32,000 nt of DNA. Origin: Nitrosopumilus maritimus SCM1 (lineage in GTDB: Archaea; Thermoproteota; Nitrososphaeria; Nitrososphaerales; Nitrosopumilaceae). Of the stretch, positions 16,135 to 24,693 are shown in pieces. The DNA lies in assembly GCF_000018465.1 (NCBI RefSeq), contig NC_010085.1, positions 1,530,001-1,562,000 of the forward strand, written 5' to 3'. Position 1 is the first letter of the stretch. The number at the start of each line of letters is the position of its first letter. Both the position numbers and the translations under genes were made by a program. A model generated the notes under the pieces. That model was not told where the DNA came from. It did not search any database and saw only the letters and a list, made by a program, of their open reading frames with translations.

Positions 16135-17064
16135 CTAGAATCCATTCTCATTTAGTGTCAAGCCCAATAATGCAGCTCGAGTGTACTTTCCATATTCGGC
16201 TTGCTCGAAATATTTTGCATTTTTTGTTTTGTCAACATCAGTTGAGATTTCATCAATTCTTGGAAGAGGATGCAAAATTATGCTATCATCTTTCATTTGT
16301 TTTAGCAAATCCAATCCGACAACATAGCTTCCCTTTACTTTGAGATATTCTTCCTCATCAGGGAATCTCTCTTTTTGGATTCTTGTAACATATAGAACAT
16401 CTAATTCATCAATGTGGTCTTCAATGTTAGTTGATTCAGTATAATCTAATTTTTGTTTGATTTCATAAGTAGAGTCTGATCTAATTCGTAATGATTCAGG
16501 GGAAATTAATCTAACATCAACATCATAGTTTCCTAGTCCATGCAAAAGTGAGTAAACAGTTCTTCCATATTTTAGGTCACCAACAATTCCAATCTTTAAT
16601 CTGTCAATCTTTTTCTTTTCTTTTTTAATTGTGTACAAGTCTTGAATTGCTTGTGTTGGATGCTCTTCTGTTCCACTACCAGCATTGATTACGGGTTTGT
16701 CTGAAACTTCAGCTGCAAATCTACTAGAACCATCAAGAGGGTGTCGTAAAACCATAGCATCAGAATAGATGGAGATGATTCTAACTGTGTCTGCAAGACT
16801 CTCTCCTTTTTGAGTTGAAGATGAGGTGATATCAGAGATTCCTAAAGAATTGCCTCCAATTGATGCCATCGCAGCTTCAAAACTTAGTCTAGTTCTAGTA
16901 CTTGGTTCATAAAACAAATATCCTAAAGTTTTGCCCTTACAAATCTCCCTTCTGTCAATTGGGTCAAGTGAGATGATTTTATCAGTTGATTGAAAGATTT
17001 GTTCAAGTTGATCCTTGCTAAAATCCTTAATTGAGATTATGTCTTTTTGGTAGAACTCGTTCAT
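16135..17064 (-). CDS. pyrB: Aspartate carbamoyltransferase catalytic subunit
   Basis: 309 aa with ATG start. Motifs STRTRLSFE, HPTQA and LHPLPR are present. Confidence 0.95.
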   Translation of the reverse strand: MNEFYQKDIISIKDFSKDQLEQIFQSTDKIISLDPIDRREICKGKTLGYLFYEPSTRTRLSFEAAMASIGGNSLGISDITSSSTQKGESLADTVRIISIYSDAMVLRHPLDGSSRFAAEVSDKPVINAGSGTEEHPTQAIQDLYTIKKEKKKIDRLKIGIVGDLKYGRTVYSLLHGLGNYDVDVRLISPESLRIRSDSTYEIKQKLDYTESTNIEDHIDELDVLYVTRIQKERFPDEEEYLKVKGSYVVGLDLLKQMKDDSIILHPLPRIDEISTDVDKTKNAKYFEQAEYGKYTRAALLGLTLNENGF

Positions 17065-17074
17065 TCTCTCAATG

Positions 17075-17097
17075 ATATATACAGGTGGGTATACAAA
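17075..17097. promoter_or_regulatory. Two opposed TATA-like boxes in the 41-bp pyrB/pyrI divergent spacer
   Basis: ATATATA (17075..17081) is centred about 28 nt before pyrI ATG 17106. TTTGTATAC on the minus strand (17089..17097) is centred about 29 nt before pyrB ATG 17064. Confidence 0.4.
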
Positions 17098-17105
17098 GTA
17101 TTCTG

Positions 17106-17567
17106 ATGGAACAGTCCGAACTTATGGTTCGACGAATCAAAGAAGGCACTGTAATTGATCACATTGATGAAGGCAAGGGTATTCAGGTACTTAATGCCCT
17201 TAGAATTGATGGAAGTGATGGCAGTCTTATCACCATAGCCCTCAACGTTCCAAGTGGCAAATTTAAGAAAAAAGACATCATCAAAGTTGAAAACAAGTTT
17301 CTAAAAGATGATGATACTAACAAGTTGGCAGTAATTGCACCAAAGGCAACCATCAACATGATCAAGGACTACAAGTTGGTAGAGAAGAGAAGAGTTTCAC
17401 TACCAAATGAGATTGATAGGATATTTCGATGCTCAAACCCTGATTGTGTAACAAACAGTACTGAGCATATCGAATCAATCATGGATGTTATTGACAAAGA
17501 AGGACGGGTTCTCAAGTGTAGATATTGTTCTAGAGTGCTAGACGTAAATCAGCTAAAATATAATTAA
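17106..17567 (+). CDS. pyrI: Aspartate carbamoyltransferase regulatory subunit
   Basis: IKEGTVIDHI N-domain and C-terminal Zn cluster CSNPDC...CRYC. The track ORF begins at GTG 17085; ATG 17106 (MEQSELMV..) is the more likely start. Confidence 0.9.
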   Translation: MEQSELMVRRIKEGTVIDHIDEGKGIQVLNALRIDGSDGSLITIALNVPSGKFKKKDIIKVENKFLKDDDTNKLAVIAPKATINMIKDYKLVEKRRVSLPNEIDRIFRCSNPDCVTNSTEHIESIMDVIDKEGRVLKCRYCSRVLDVNQLKYN

Positions 17568-17602
17568 AAAATTTTAAAAATTGAAAAATATGTTGTTTAG
17601 GA

Positions 17603-17911
17603 CTATTGTCCTAAGATGATAAACATCATAACTATACCGTAGATTGCGATTGATTCGACCATACCTACGAAGATGAACACCTTAGATTGTAAAGCTGGGT
17701 TCTCACTAATGACTGCAAGACCTGCTGCACCTACTTGACCAAGACCAATACCTGCACCAAATGCTGCAAGACCAAATGCTAGACCAGCACCGAGAATCTT
17801 CAAAGAGTCTGAACTTGCTGCTGCATCTCCTTCTGCTGCATATGCAATACTAGTAGATCCTGAAATAGAAATTACAGCTGCTGCCATAAGTAACAAGACT
17901 ATAGTTTTCAT
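17603..17911 (-). CDS. atpK: A-type ATP synthase proteolipid (subunit K/c), single hairpin with signal-like N-terminal extension
   Basis: 102 aa. Helix 1 is GAGIGLGQVGAAGLAVISENP; helix 2 is FIFVGMVESIAIYGIVMMFIIL and carries the carboxylate Glu. GGAGG lies 10 nt upstream of the ATG. Confidence 0.9.
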   Translation of the reverse strand: MKTIVLLLMAAAVISISGSTSIAYAAEGDAAASSDSLKILGAGLAFGLAAFGAGIGLGQVGAAGLAVISENPALQSKVFIFVGMVESIAIYGIVMMFIILGQ

Positions 17912-17921
17912 GGATGATGTG

Positions 17922-17926
17922 CCTCC
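17922..17926 (-). promoter_or_regulatory. Shine-Dalgarno-like GGAGG 10 nt upstream of atpK ATG
   Basis: The minus strand reads ttgaGGAGGcacatcatccATG. Confidence 0.45.
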
Positions 17927-17960
17927 TCAAAGTCCATATTTAAATCATGGTGAGATTGGA

Positions 17961-18092
17961 TTATACTTTTTCTAGTGCTTTCTTTTTGAAAGAACTTAGA
18001 TCGTCTTTAACAGACTGTGCAAAATTTTCATGTTCGCTTTCTAGGGAGTGTTTAGAATCTTCAACAATTTTCTTAATTTCTTCTTTGCCCAT
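17961..18092 (-). CDS. Candidate 43-aa charged helical protein inside the ATPase operon (possibly a short peripheral-stalk H/G-like subunit)
   Basis: Hand translation gives MGKEEIKKIVEDSKHSLESEHENFAQSVKDDLSSFKKKALEKV*. The ATG lies 2 nt after the atpD stop, with GGAGAG in the atpD 3' end. The ORF stops 49 nt before atpK. Confidence 0.5.
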   Translation of the reverse strand: MGKEEIKKIVEDSKHSLESEHENFAQSVKDDLSSFKKKALEKV

Positions 18093-18094
18093 TA

Positions 18095-18724
18095 TTATCT
18101 ACTCTCCATCTTAGCCTTCACTTTTTTTAACTTTGCGAATTCCTCTCTTTCTCTTTCCTCAAGAGTGGCTATGATGAATCTTACTTTTTGTTGATACTGA
18201 GGAATAATGACGTTTTCAAGTGCGTTTAGTAATTTCTGAGTTTTTTCTAATGCTTTTGCAAGACTGAAAATTGAATTTTCATATTCTGCGGCTTTACAGA
18301 TTTTTGGCAAAAGCTCTTTGATCTGTTTTGCTGCTCTATCAATTGAAGAGTTTGTATCAGCAAAACCATATGGCATTGATTTTGTATCTTTTTCAGTAAC
18401 AGATAGTGCAGGAATTTTTACATCAACGACTCTTCTGACATTTACATCTACTTCCATTACTGAAGGAGTGGATTCGGCAACAGAGTCTACAGTTGAAGAA
18501 CCTAATGCCAAGTATGCTTCATTTACAGAACTGTAGATGTCTTGGAGCGGTTCCCATATTCCACCTCTAGCTTTTGAGGCTTCTTCAATCATCTCTTCGA
18601 TGTTTTTTAGGAGAACTTTACGCTTGTCATCTAGAATTTTCTGCACCATTACGGCTACTTGACTAGATTTTTTGTATTTGAAAAGTTCAATTTTTGTTGC
18701 AGCAACATTTTGTCCAAATGACAT
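18095..18724 (-). CDS. atpD: A-type ATP synthase subunit D (central stalk)
   Basis: 209 aa. The coiled-coil N- and C-termini and the N-terminus NVAATKIELFKYKK are typical for A/V-type D. It sits directly after atpB. Confidence 0.9.
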   Translation of the reverse strand: MSFGQNVAATKIELFKYKKSSQVAVMVQKILDDKRKVLLKNIEEMIEEASKARGGIWEPLQDIYSSVNEAYLALGSSTVDSVAESTPSVMEVDVNVRRVVDVKIPALSVTEKDTKSMPYGFADTNSSIDRAAKQIKELLPKICKAAEYENSIFSLAKALEKTQKLLNALENVIIPQYQQKVRFIIATLEEREREEFAKLKKVKAKMESR

Positions 18725-18728
18725 TTTG

Positions 18729-20114
18729 CTACTCTTCCTTGTAATATTGATCTACGTACTTATCTTTGATTTTTGTAATTTCGTTTCTTGGTAGTTTAGA
18801 TACAATCTTCCATAAGATACCTAATGTCTCTTCAATGGTTCTATTCTCATCAGTTGCTTGTGAAAGGAATTCATTTTCAAAGACATCACCGACATCCATG
18901 TATTTCAAATCGATTTCAGTAAGTCCTGCTTTACCTACAATTCCTGCAAGTGCTCTGACTTCTTGTGCTCTAGAATATGCATCATAAACTTGATTTGAAA
19001 TTTCACCATGATCTGCTCTGGTACTTCCTTCACCAATACCGTCTTTCATCAGTCTTGAGAGACTCATCAAGATGTTTACTGGTGGATAGACTCCTTGTCT
19101 GAACAAATCTCTACCAAGTACAATTTGTCCTTCTGTAATGTAACCAGTAAGGTCAGGAATTGGGTGAGTAATATCATCAGAAGGCATTGACAAGATTGGA
19201 ACTTGTGTAACACTACCTTTCTTTCCGTTTAGTTTTCCTGCTCTTTCATAGATTGTTGAAAGGTCAGTGTAAAGATAACCAGGATAACCTTTTCTTCCAG
19301 GTACTTCTTCTCTTGCAGCACTAATCTCTCTGAGTGCTTCTGCATAGTTTGTCATATCTGTAAGAATAACTAGTACGTGCATTCCTAATTCAAATGCCAA
19401 ATATTCAGCGACAGTTAATGCAACACGAGGAGTAATAATTCTCTCAATTGCAGGATCGTCTGCTGTGTTTAAGAAAAGAACACTTCTTTTTAGAGCGCCA
19501 GACTCTTCAAGACTTCTTCTGAAATATTCTGCTTCACTGTATTGCACACCAATTGCTGCAAAGACTACAGCGAAATCATCTTGTGTACCAATTACACTTG
19601 CTTGTCTTGCAATTTGAGCTGCTAAGAGGTTGTGTGACATACCAGAACCTGAAAAGATTGGAAGTTTTTGTCCTCTTACAAGAGTAATCATTCCATCAAT
19701 TACTGAAACACCAGTTTGGATGAAGTCTTTTGGATATTCACGTTGTTCTGGGTTCATTGGTTCACCGTTAATGTCAATAAATTGATCAGCAATAGGATCT
19801 GGCAGTCCGTCTTTTGGTCTGCCTAAACCATCAAAGACTCTACCAAGTACTTCTCTTGAAACTGGCATCTCCATAACTTTGCCGACAAATTTTGCATTTG
19901 TTGCAGCAATGGATAATCCAGTAGTTCCCTCAAAGACTTGGACGATTGCTTTACCGTTTCCAACTTCGAGAACTTTACCTAATCTTCTTTCACCGTCTTT
20001 AGTTTCAACTTCAACTAATTCGTCAAATGCTGCATTCTCAACATCATCTACAATAACTAGAGGACCTTTGATTTCTGCAATCTTACTGTATTGAACTCCG
20101 CCTTCTGCTGTCAA
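18729..20114 (-). CDS. atpB: A-type ATP synthase subunit B
   Basis: 461 aa with [11 protein letters not shown] and [24 protein letters not shown] start overlaps the atpA stop as TTGA, with GGAGTG upstream. Confidence 0.97.
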   Translation of the reverse strand: MTAEGGVQYSKIAEIKGPLVIVDDVENAAFDELVEVETKDGERRLGKVLEVGNGKAIVQVFEGTTGLSIAATNAKFVGKVMEMPVSREVLGRVFDGLGRPKDGLPDPIADQFIDINGEPMNPEQREYPKDFIQTGVSVIDGMITLVRGQKLPIFSGSGMSHNLLAAQIARQASVIGTQDDFAVVFAAIGVQYSEAEYFRRSLEESGALKRSVLFLNTADDPAIERIITPRVALTVAEYLAFELGMHVLVILTDMTNYAEALREISAAREEVPGRKGYPGYLYTDLSTIYERAGKLNGKKGSVTQVPILSMPSDDITHPIPDLTGYITEGQIVLGRDLFRQGVYPPVNILMSLSRLMKDGIGEGSTRADHGEISNQVYDAYSRAQEVRALAGIVGKAGLTEIDLKYMDVGDVFENEFLSQATDENRTIEETLGILWKIVSKLPRNEITKIKDKYVDQYYKEE

Positions 20115-21889
20115 TTTGATACTTTCACTCCTGTAATTGATTTGAATTCTTCTTGCATGTCTGCATCTAGTTGATCAAGTTTTGGCATCTCATCATCTTT
20201 GACATCCATTCTTGCTTTGAGAAGTGTTGTGATACTTTTCATTGCACGAATATCTGCAAGAGGAGTTCCTTCCTTGATTGCTTGTTGACCTTTCTTGTAA
20301 AAGTCAACTAGTAATTTCATTAACTTGTATTGTTTCTCTGGGCTACAATAAGTGTCAACATCATCAAATGAGTTTTGTTGTAAGAGACCAATCTTTACCA
20401 TTCTTGCAACTTCAAGAATTAATTTTTCTTCATCTGGAAGTGCTTCAGGTCCTAAGAGTCTGACAATTTCTTTTAGTGTATCTTCTCTTTGTAAGACACC
20501 ATAAACTTCACTTCTAAGACTTAGCCAGTCTTCGTTGATGTTCTCACCCCACCACTTTGCAATGTCTGCAAGATAACCAGAATAGCTGTTCATCCAGTTA
20601 ATTGATGGATAGTGTCTAGAGTATGCTAGTTTTGCATCCAAAGCCCAGAATGTTTTGATAAATCTCATGGTGTGAGTTGTAACTGGTTCTGTAAAGTCAC
20701 CACCAGATGGTGAAACAGCACCAATCAAAGTTACAGAACCATCACGGTCTGGACTTCCTGCTGCTCTAACACGACCTGCTCTTTCATAGAATTCTGCTAA
20801 TCTTGATGCAAGATATGATGGATAGCCTTCTTCTGCTGGCATCTCTTCTAGTCTACCACTCATCTCTCTGAGTGCTTCGGCCCATCTACTTGTTGAATCT
20901 GCTACAAGTACAACGTCTTTACCCATATCTCTGTAATATTCTGCAATTGTGACACCAGTGTAGATACTTGCTTCTCTTGCTGCTACCGGCATGTTACTGG
21001 TATTTGCAACAAGTACTGTTCTGTCCATGAGTGGTTTTCCACTACGTGGGTCTTTGAGGTGTGGGAACTCCACAAGTACTTCTGTCATTTCGTTTCCTCT
21101 CTCACCACAACCGATGTAAACTACAACTTGGGAATCTGCCCATTTTGCAATTTGGTGAAGTGTAACAGTCTTTCCTGTTCCAAATGCACCTGGGATTGAA
21201 CCTGTTCCTCCTTTTGCAATTGGGAAGAATGTGTCAATTACACGTTGTCCGGTGAGTAGTGGAACTGTTGGATCGTATCGGTTCTTGTATGGACGTGGTT
21301 TTCTTACAGGCCATCTGTGATACATTTTGAGTTCGACAGTTTCACCTTCTCCCTCAGTTGTTGCTAATACAGTTTCTAAATCATAATCTCCTTCTGATAC
21401 TAAGTTTGAAATTTTTCCACCTTTGTGGTCTGGTGGAACCATGATAGAGTGCTCAATAAGATCAGTTTCTTGAACAACGCCAATTACATTTCCTGCTGCT
21501 ACTTCATCACCATTACTAACTGATGGGACAAAGTGATATTTTTTGGCCATGTCAACTGGAGTAGTTGTAATACCTCTTCCGATAAAGGAACCAGAAGCTT
21601 CTGATAATGCTCTTAGTGGTCTTTGAATTCCATCATAAAGTTGTCCAATAATTCCAGGACCTAACAAAACACTAAGTGGGTTTCCAGTACCAATTACTGG
21701 TTCACCTGGTTTTAGTCCACTGGTTGATTCGTAAACTTGAATGAATGCTACATCTCCGGTTAATCTAATTACTTCACCGACTAATTTTGAATCGCCGACA
21801 GTTACAGTTTCATACATTTTTGCTTCAGACATACCGTCTGCTCTAACTGCAGGTCCACTTACCCAAACAATTCTACCTTGAGCTGCCAT
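20111..21889 (-). CDS. atpA: A-type ATP synthase catalytic subunit A
   Basis: 592 aa with Walker A GAFGTGKT and [20 protein letters not shown]. The length is normal, so there is no intein-sized insertion. Confidence 0.97.
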   Translation of the reverse strand: MAAQGRIVWVSGPAVRADGMSEAKMYETVTVGDSKLVGEVIRLTGDVAFIQVYESTSGLKPGEPVIGTGNPLSVLLGPGIIGQLYDGIQRPLRALSEASGSFIGRGITTTPVDMAKKYHFVPSVSNGDEVAAGNVIGVVQETDLIEHSIMVPPDHKGGKISNLVSEGDYDLETVLATTEGEGETVELKMYHRWPVRKPRPYKNRYDPTVPLLTGQRVIDTFFPIAKGGTGSIPGAFGTGKTVTLHQIAKWADSQVVVYIGCGERGNEMTEVLVEFPHLKDPRSGKPLMDRTVLVANTSNMPVAAREASIYTGVTIAEYYRDMGKDVVLVADSTSRWAEALREMSGRLEEMPAEEGYPSYLASRLAEFYERAGRVRAAGSPDRDGSVTLIGAVSPSGGDFTEPVTTHTMRFIKTFWALDAKLAYSRHYPSINWMNSYSGYLADIAKWWGENINEDWLSLRSEVYGVLQREDTLKEIVRLLGPEALPDEEKLILEVARMVKIGLLQQNSFDDVDTYCSPEKQYKLMKLLVDFYKKGQQAIKEGTPLADIRAMKSITTLLKARMDVKDDEMPKLDQLDADMQEEFKSITGVKVSN

Positions 21890-21890
21890 C

Positions 21891-22487
21891 TTATTCTCCT
21901 ACCCCGAATTTGGATGCAATCTCTTTCCTTATTAAAGGCTTCAGACGTTCAATTCTTGCATCGATCGTATTGTCAAATGTCATTGCACCATCTTTTGATT
22001 TTACAACAACTCCACCAAGACAATCAATTGTATCAGAAGATAATTCAGATCCTGGGAATTGTGACAAAGTTGATTGAACTACATCTTTGTCTTTGGCATT
22101 TGTAGTAACTGTAATTTCTGAAGTTCCCAAAATTTGGGTTGCTTCTGTAATCATTGTTTTAATCAAATTAGAATAATCACCACTGCGATCAGCATTTGCA
22201 ATTTGTTCAAGTGCTTTTGAAAATACCTTATCGACTGCATCTTCTAATGCCATTAATTGCTTATTTCTAGCCTCAATATCGGCACTTCCCATGATTTGTT
22301 TTTCAATTTTATCGGCTTCTTTCTTTCCATCTGCGATGATTTTATCAAATTCTTGTTCTAGTTTAGGAACAGAATCATCAAGGGTTTTCAGAGATTCATT
22401 TAGGGCAGATTCAACGTTTGAAATGACGGACTTTTCAGTTTGTTCAAGAATTTTGCTAATAGTGGTCTCTAAAGCAGAATTTGCCAA
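21891..22487 (-). CDS. atpE: A-type ATP synthase subunit E (peripheral stalk)
   Basis: 198 aa with a long charged N-terminal helix and a globular C-terminus. The stop lies 1 nt before the atpA ATG. TTG start, with no in-frame ATG in the first ~65 codons. Confidence 0.85.
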   Translation of the reverse strand: MANSALETTISKILEQTEKSVISNVESALNESLKTLDDSVPKLEQEFDKIIADGKKEADKIEKQIMGSADIEARNKQLMALEDAVDKVFSKALEQIANADRSGDYSNLIKTMITEATQILGTSEITVTTNAKDKDVVQSTLSQFPGSELSSDTIDCLGGVVVKSKDGAMTFDNTIDARIERLKPLIRKEIASKFGVGE

Positions 22488-22503
22488 TGAGTCGCGTAAA
22501 TCC

Positions 22504-22524
22504 GTAATAGATTTTAATGTTTGG
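22504..22524 (-). promoter_or_regulatory. atpE-operon promoter element CCAAACATTAAAATC-ta-TTAC; TATA-like core ends 22 nt before TTG 22487
   Basis: Reverse complement of 22504..22524 is CCAAACATTAAAATCTATTAC, which matches the element before atpC at 19 of 21 positions. Confidence 0.6.
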
Positions 22525-22544
22525 GAATTGCAATTCAGAAAGAT

Positions 22545-22564
22545 ATTAAAATCAAAGGAGTTAC
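22545..22564 (+). promoter_or_regulatory. atpI promoter core ATTAAAATC (+TTAC), ending 23 nt before TTG 22577
   Basis: agatATTAAAATCaaaggagTTACcgttggattatcTTG. It has the same 9-mer core and spacing as the atpE and atpC units. Confidence 0.5.
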
Positions 22565-22576
22565 CGTTGGATTATC

Positions 22577-24676
22577 TTGGTAGTAGCCGATCTGAAACTT
22601 GGAAGTGTAATTTTACCAAGAAGCGAGTCTCCAAGAGCAATTTCCAGACTAACAGAGTTTGAATGGTTTCATAAAATCGATACTGAAAATGACTTAGTCA
22701 CACCAGAAATCGATGATCTTCTGTTAGAGGCACAAAAAACCTACCAATCAATTGATGATGTAGTTAAAGGACTAGGAGTCCCACCAACTGTAGGAATTCT
22801 AGAGATTTTGTTCAAAGGAACTATGATCAAAAAGAAGGATTATGAGATTGGAGAAATTGAGGACTTGGTAGAGGATCTCAAAAAGAAGACTCCATCAGTT
22901 ATTGACGAGCCAGCAAAACTTCTAGAAGAGCAAGCAGACACAAAACGAGGAATTGAAGAATATCGTTCATTAAAAGAGACTCTCGAAATTGCTAAAAAAC
23001 TCAACATTGATCTTTCAGGATTTGGATTGATGAAGTATTTCTACACAAATCTCTTTGTGATAGACTCTGGAGACTATGAAGAAATTAGCAGAGCATTAGA
23101 AGGCATTACATTTTACAAATATGATTTAGAAAGTAAAGACAAAGCCGCAGTCTTGGTAATTTGTGGAATTGATGATTCAGAAAAAGCACTAAAAGTACTT
23201 AGAGGATTCAACGCAAATCCATTTTCCATTCCTGATGGCATGTCACAGATTCCATCAGAGGCATATGCCACTGCTGAGGCAAAACTAAAAGAACTTACAG
23301 CAAAACAGGCACAAATTGCAAAACAGCTTGCAAAAATCACAAAGAACATCAGACGCGATATTCTGGTATTACACGAAGAAGCACTTGTTGCAAAAGATGT
23401 TCTTGAGACTTTGAGAAAACCAGGTGGAACTAAACATTTTGCACTTATCCAAGGATTCATCCCAAGTAAGATGGAAGAGAAGTTCAAGAATATTACAAGT
23501 CAATGGACTTCAGTAACTGAAGAGATTACAGATCCTAAACATCAAGAACAAGTTCCAACATTATTTGATAATAAAAAATTCGTTAGAACTTTTGAAGTAA
23601 TCACAGAAAGTCAAGGAATTCCAAGAAAGGGAGAAGCAGATCCTACACCAATGATTGCCCTAATGTGGCCAATTTTCTACGGACTGATGTTTGCAGATAC
23701 AGGTCACGGATTGCTCTTGATGGGAATGGGATTATTATTCAAATTCAAAGGACAAGGTAATCTCTCTAGATGGGGAATGCTCATTGCAATTTCTGGAGCA
23801 GCATCTGCTATTGCAGGTGTTGGTGCAGGAGAAGCGTTTGGATATCACATATATTACTTTGAACCATTCAAGGGACTATTAGCAGAAGGAGGACCACTAT
23901 ACCCAGTTAGTTTCATAGTTGGTATCCTTAGTGTTGCAGAATTATCATTTGAACAAGTAATCAATATTCTCAAAGTTTCATTGTTCATTGGAATCATCCA
24001 TTTGGTTTGGGCAATGATTCTCAGAATTAGAAGATTAGCTAGAGAAGGTCACAAGATTGTCATGTACTTGGAAGCAATTCCAAACATCACACTCTATGGC
24101 GGTATTGTAGTTATCATGATGTGTGCAATCGGTTCACAATATGATGTAATGAACATGTATTCCAAAGTCCACACAGAAGCTGTTCCTTGGGTTACAATAT
24201 TCCTAGGAGATTGGGCACAAGTTTGGATTGTTACAAGAATTGCAGTAGTAATTGTAATTGCATCTATGGCAATGATGATGGTTGGAGGAATAATGCATGC
24301 AAAGAAACATCCAGAGGATGGAGGTTCGGCGGCAAATGTCGTAATGGAAGTATTCCTTGGTAAGACAGTAGAAAGTTTAGCTCACACAATTAGTTATGCT
24401 CGACTCGGAATTATGCTACTGGTGCACGCAGCACTGTTGCTGACAGTAAATAATGCATTCAATTCACTTGGCGGTTCCGAATCATTTGGTGCATGGGCAA
24501 TGATTATTGGAGGAAACTTGGGAATCATGATGATTGAAGGATTGATTGTGTATATCCAGTCACTCAGGTTGCACTTGTACGAATACTTTACAAAATGGTA
24601 TGATGGTGGTGCACAACCATTTAGACAAGTTAGACCAGAATTGATTTACAACCAATTCATTTGGAAAAGAAAATAA
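22577..24676 (+). CDS. atpI: A-type ATP synthase subunit I (a-subunit, stator/proton channel)
   Basis: 699 aa with a soluble ~340-aa N-terminal half followed by multiple TM helices. The stator-arginine context LAHTISYARLGIMLLVHA matches the A/V-type SY.RL....L.H motif. TTG start. Confidence 0.92.
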   Translation: MVVADLKLGSVILPRSESPRAISRLTEFEWFHKIDTENDLVTPEIDDLLLEAQKTYQSIDDVVKGLGVPPTVGILEILFKGTMIKKKDYEIGEIEDLVEDLKKKTPSVIDEPAKLLEEQADTKRGIEEYRSLKETLEIAKKLNIDLSGFGLMKYFYTNLFVIDSGDYEEISRALEGITFYKYDLESKDKAAVLVICGIDDSEKALKVLRGFNANPFSIPDGMSQIPSEAYATAEAKLKELTAKQAQIAKQLAKITKNIRRDILVLHEEALVAKDVLETLRKPGGTKHFALIQGFIPSKMEEKFKNITSQWTSVTEEITDPKHQEQVPTLFDNKKFVRTFEVITESQGIPRKGEADPTPMIALMWPIFYGLMFADTGHGLLLMGMGLLFKFKGQGNLSRWGMLIAISGAASAIAGVGAGEAFGYHIYYFEPFKGLLAEGGPLYPVSFIVGILSVAELSFEQVINILKVSLFIGIIHLVWAMILRIRRLAREGHKIVMYLEAIPNITLYGGIVVIMMCAIGSQYDVMNMYSKVHTEAVPWVTIFLGDWAQVWIVTRIAVVIVIASMAMMMVGGIMHAKKHPEDGGSAANVVMEVFLGKTVESLAHTISYARLGIMLLVHAALLLTVNNAFNSLGGSESFGAWAMIIGGNLGIMMIEGLIVYIQSLRLHLYEYFTKWYDGGAQPFRQVRPELIYNQFIWKRK

Positions 24677-24693
24677 AATTTTAAAAAAAGAAT

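Noticed and set aside
20111-21889. Intein in atpA
   Set aside because: At 592 aa the protein is the normal length and is colinear with typical A subunits, so there is no insertion.
22291-22662. 123-aa plus-strand ORF spanning atpE antisense, the spacer and the atpI 5' end
   Set aside because: It conflicts with two well-supported ATPase genes and crosses their promoter spacer.
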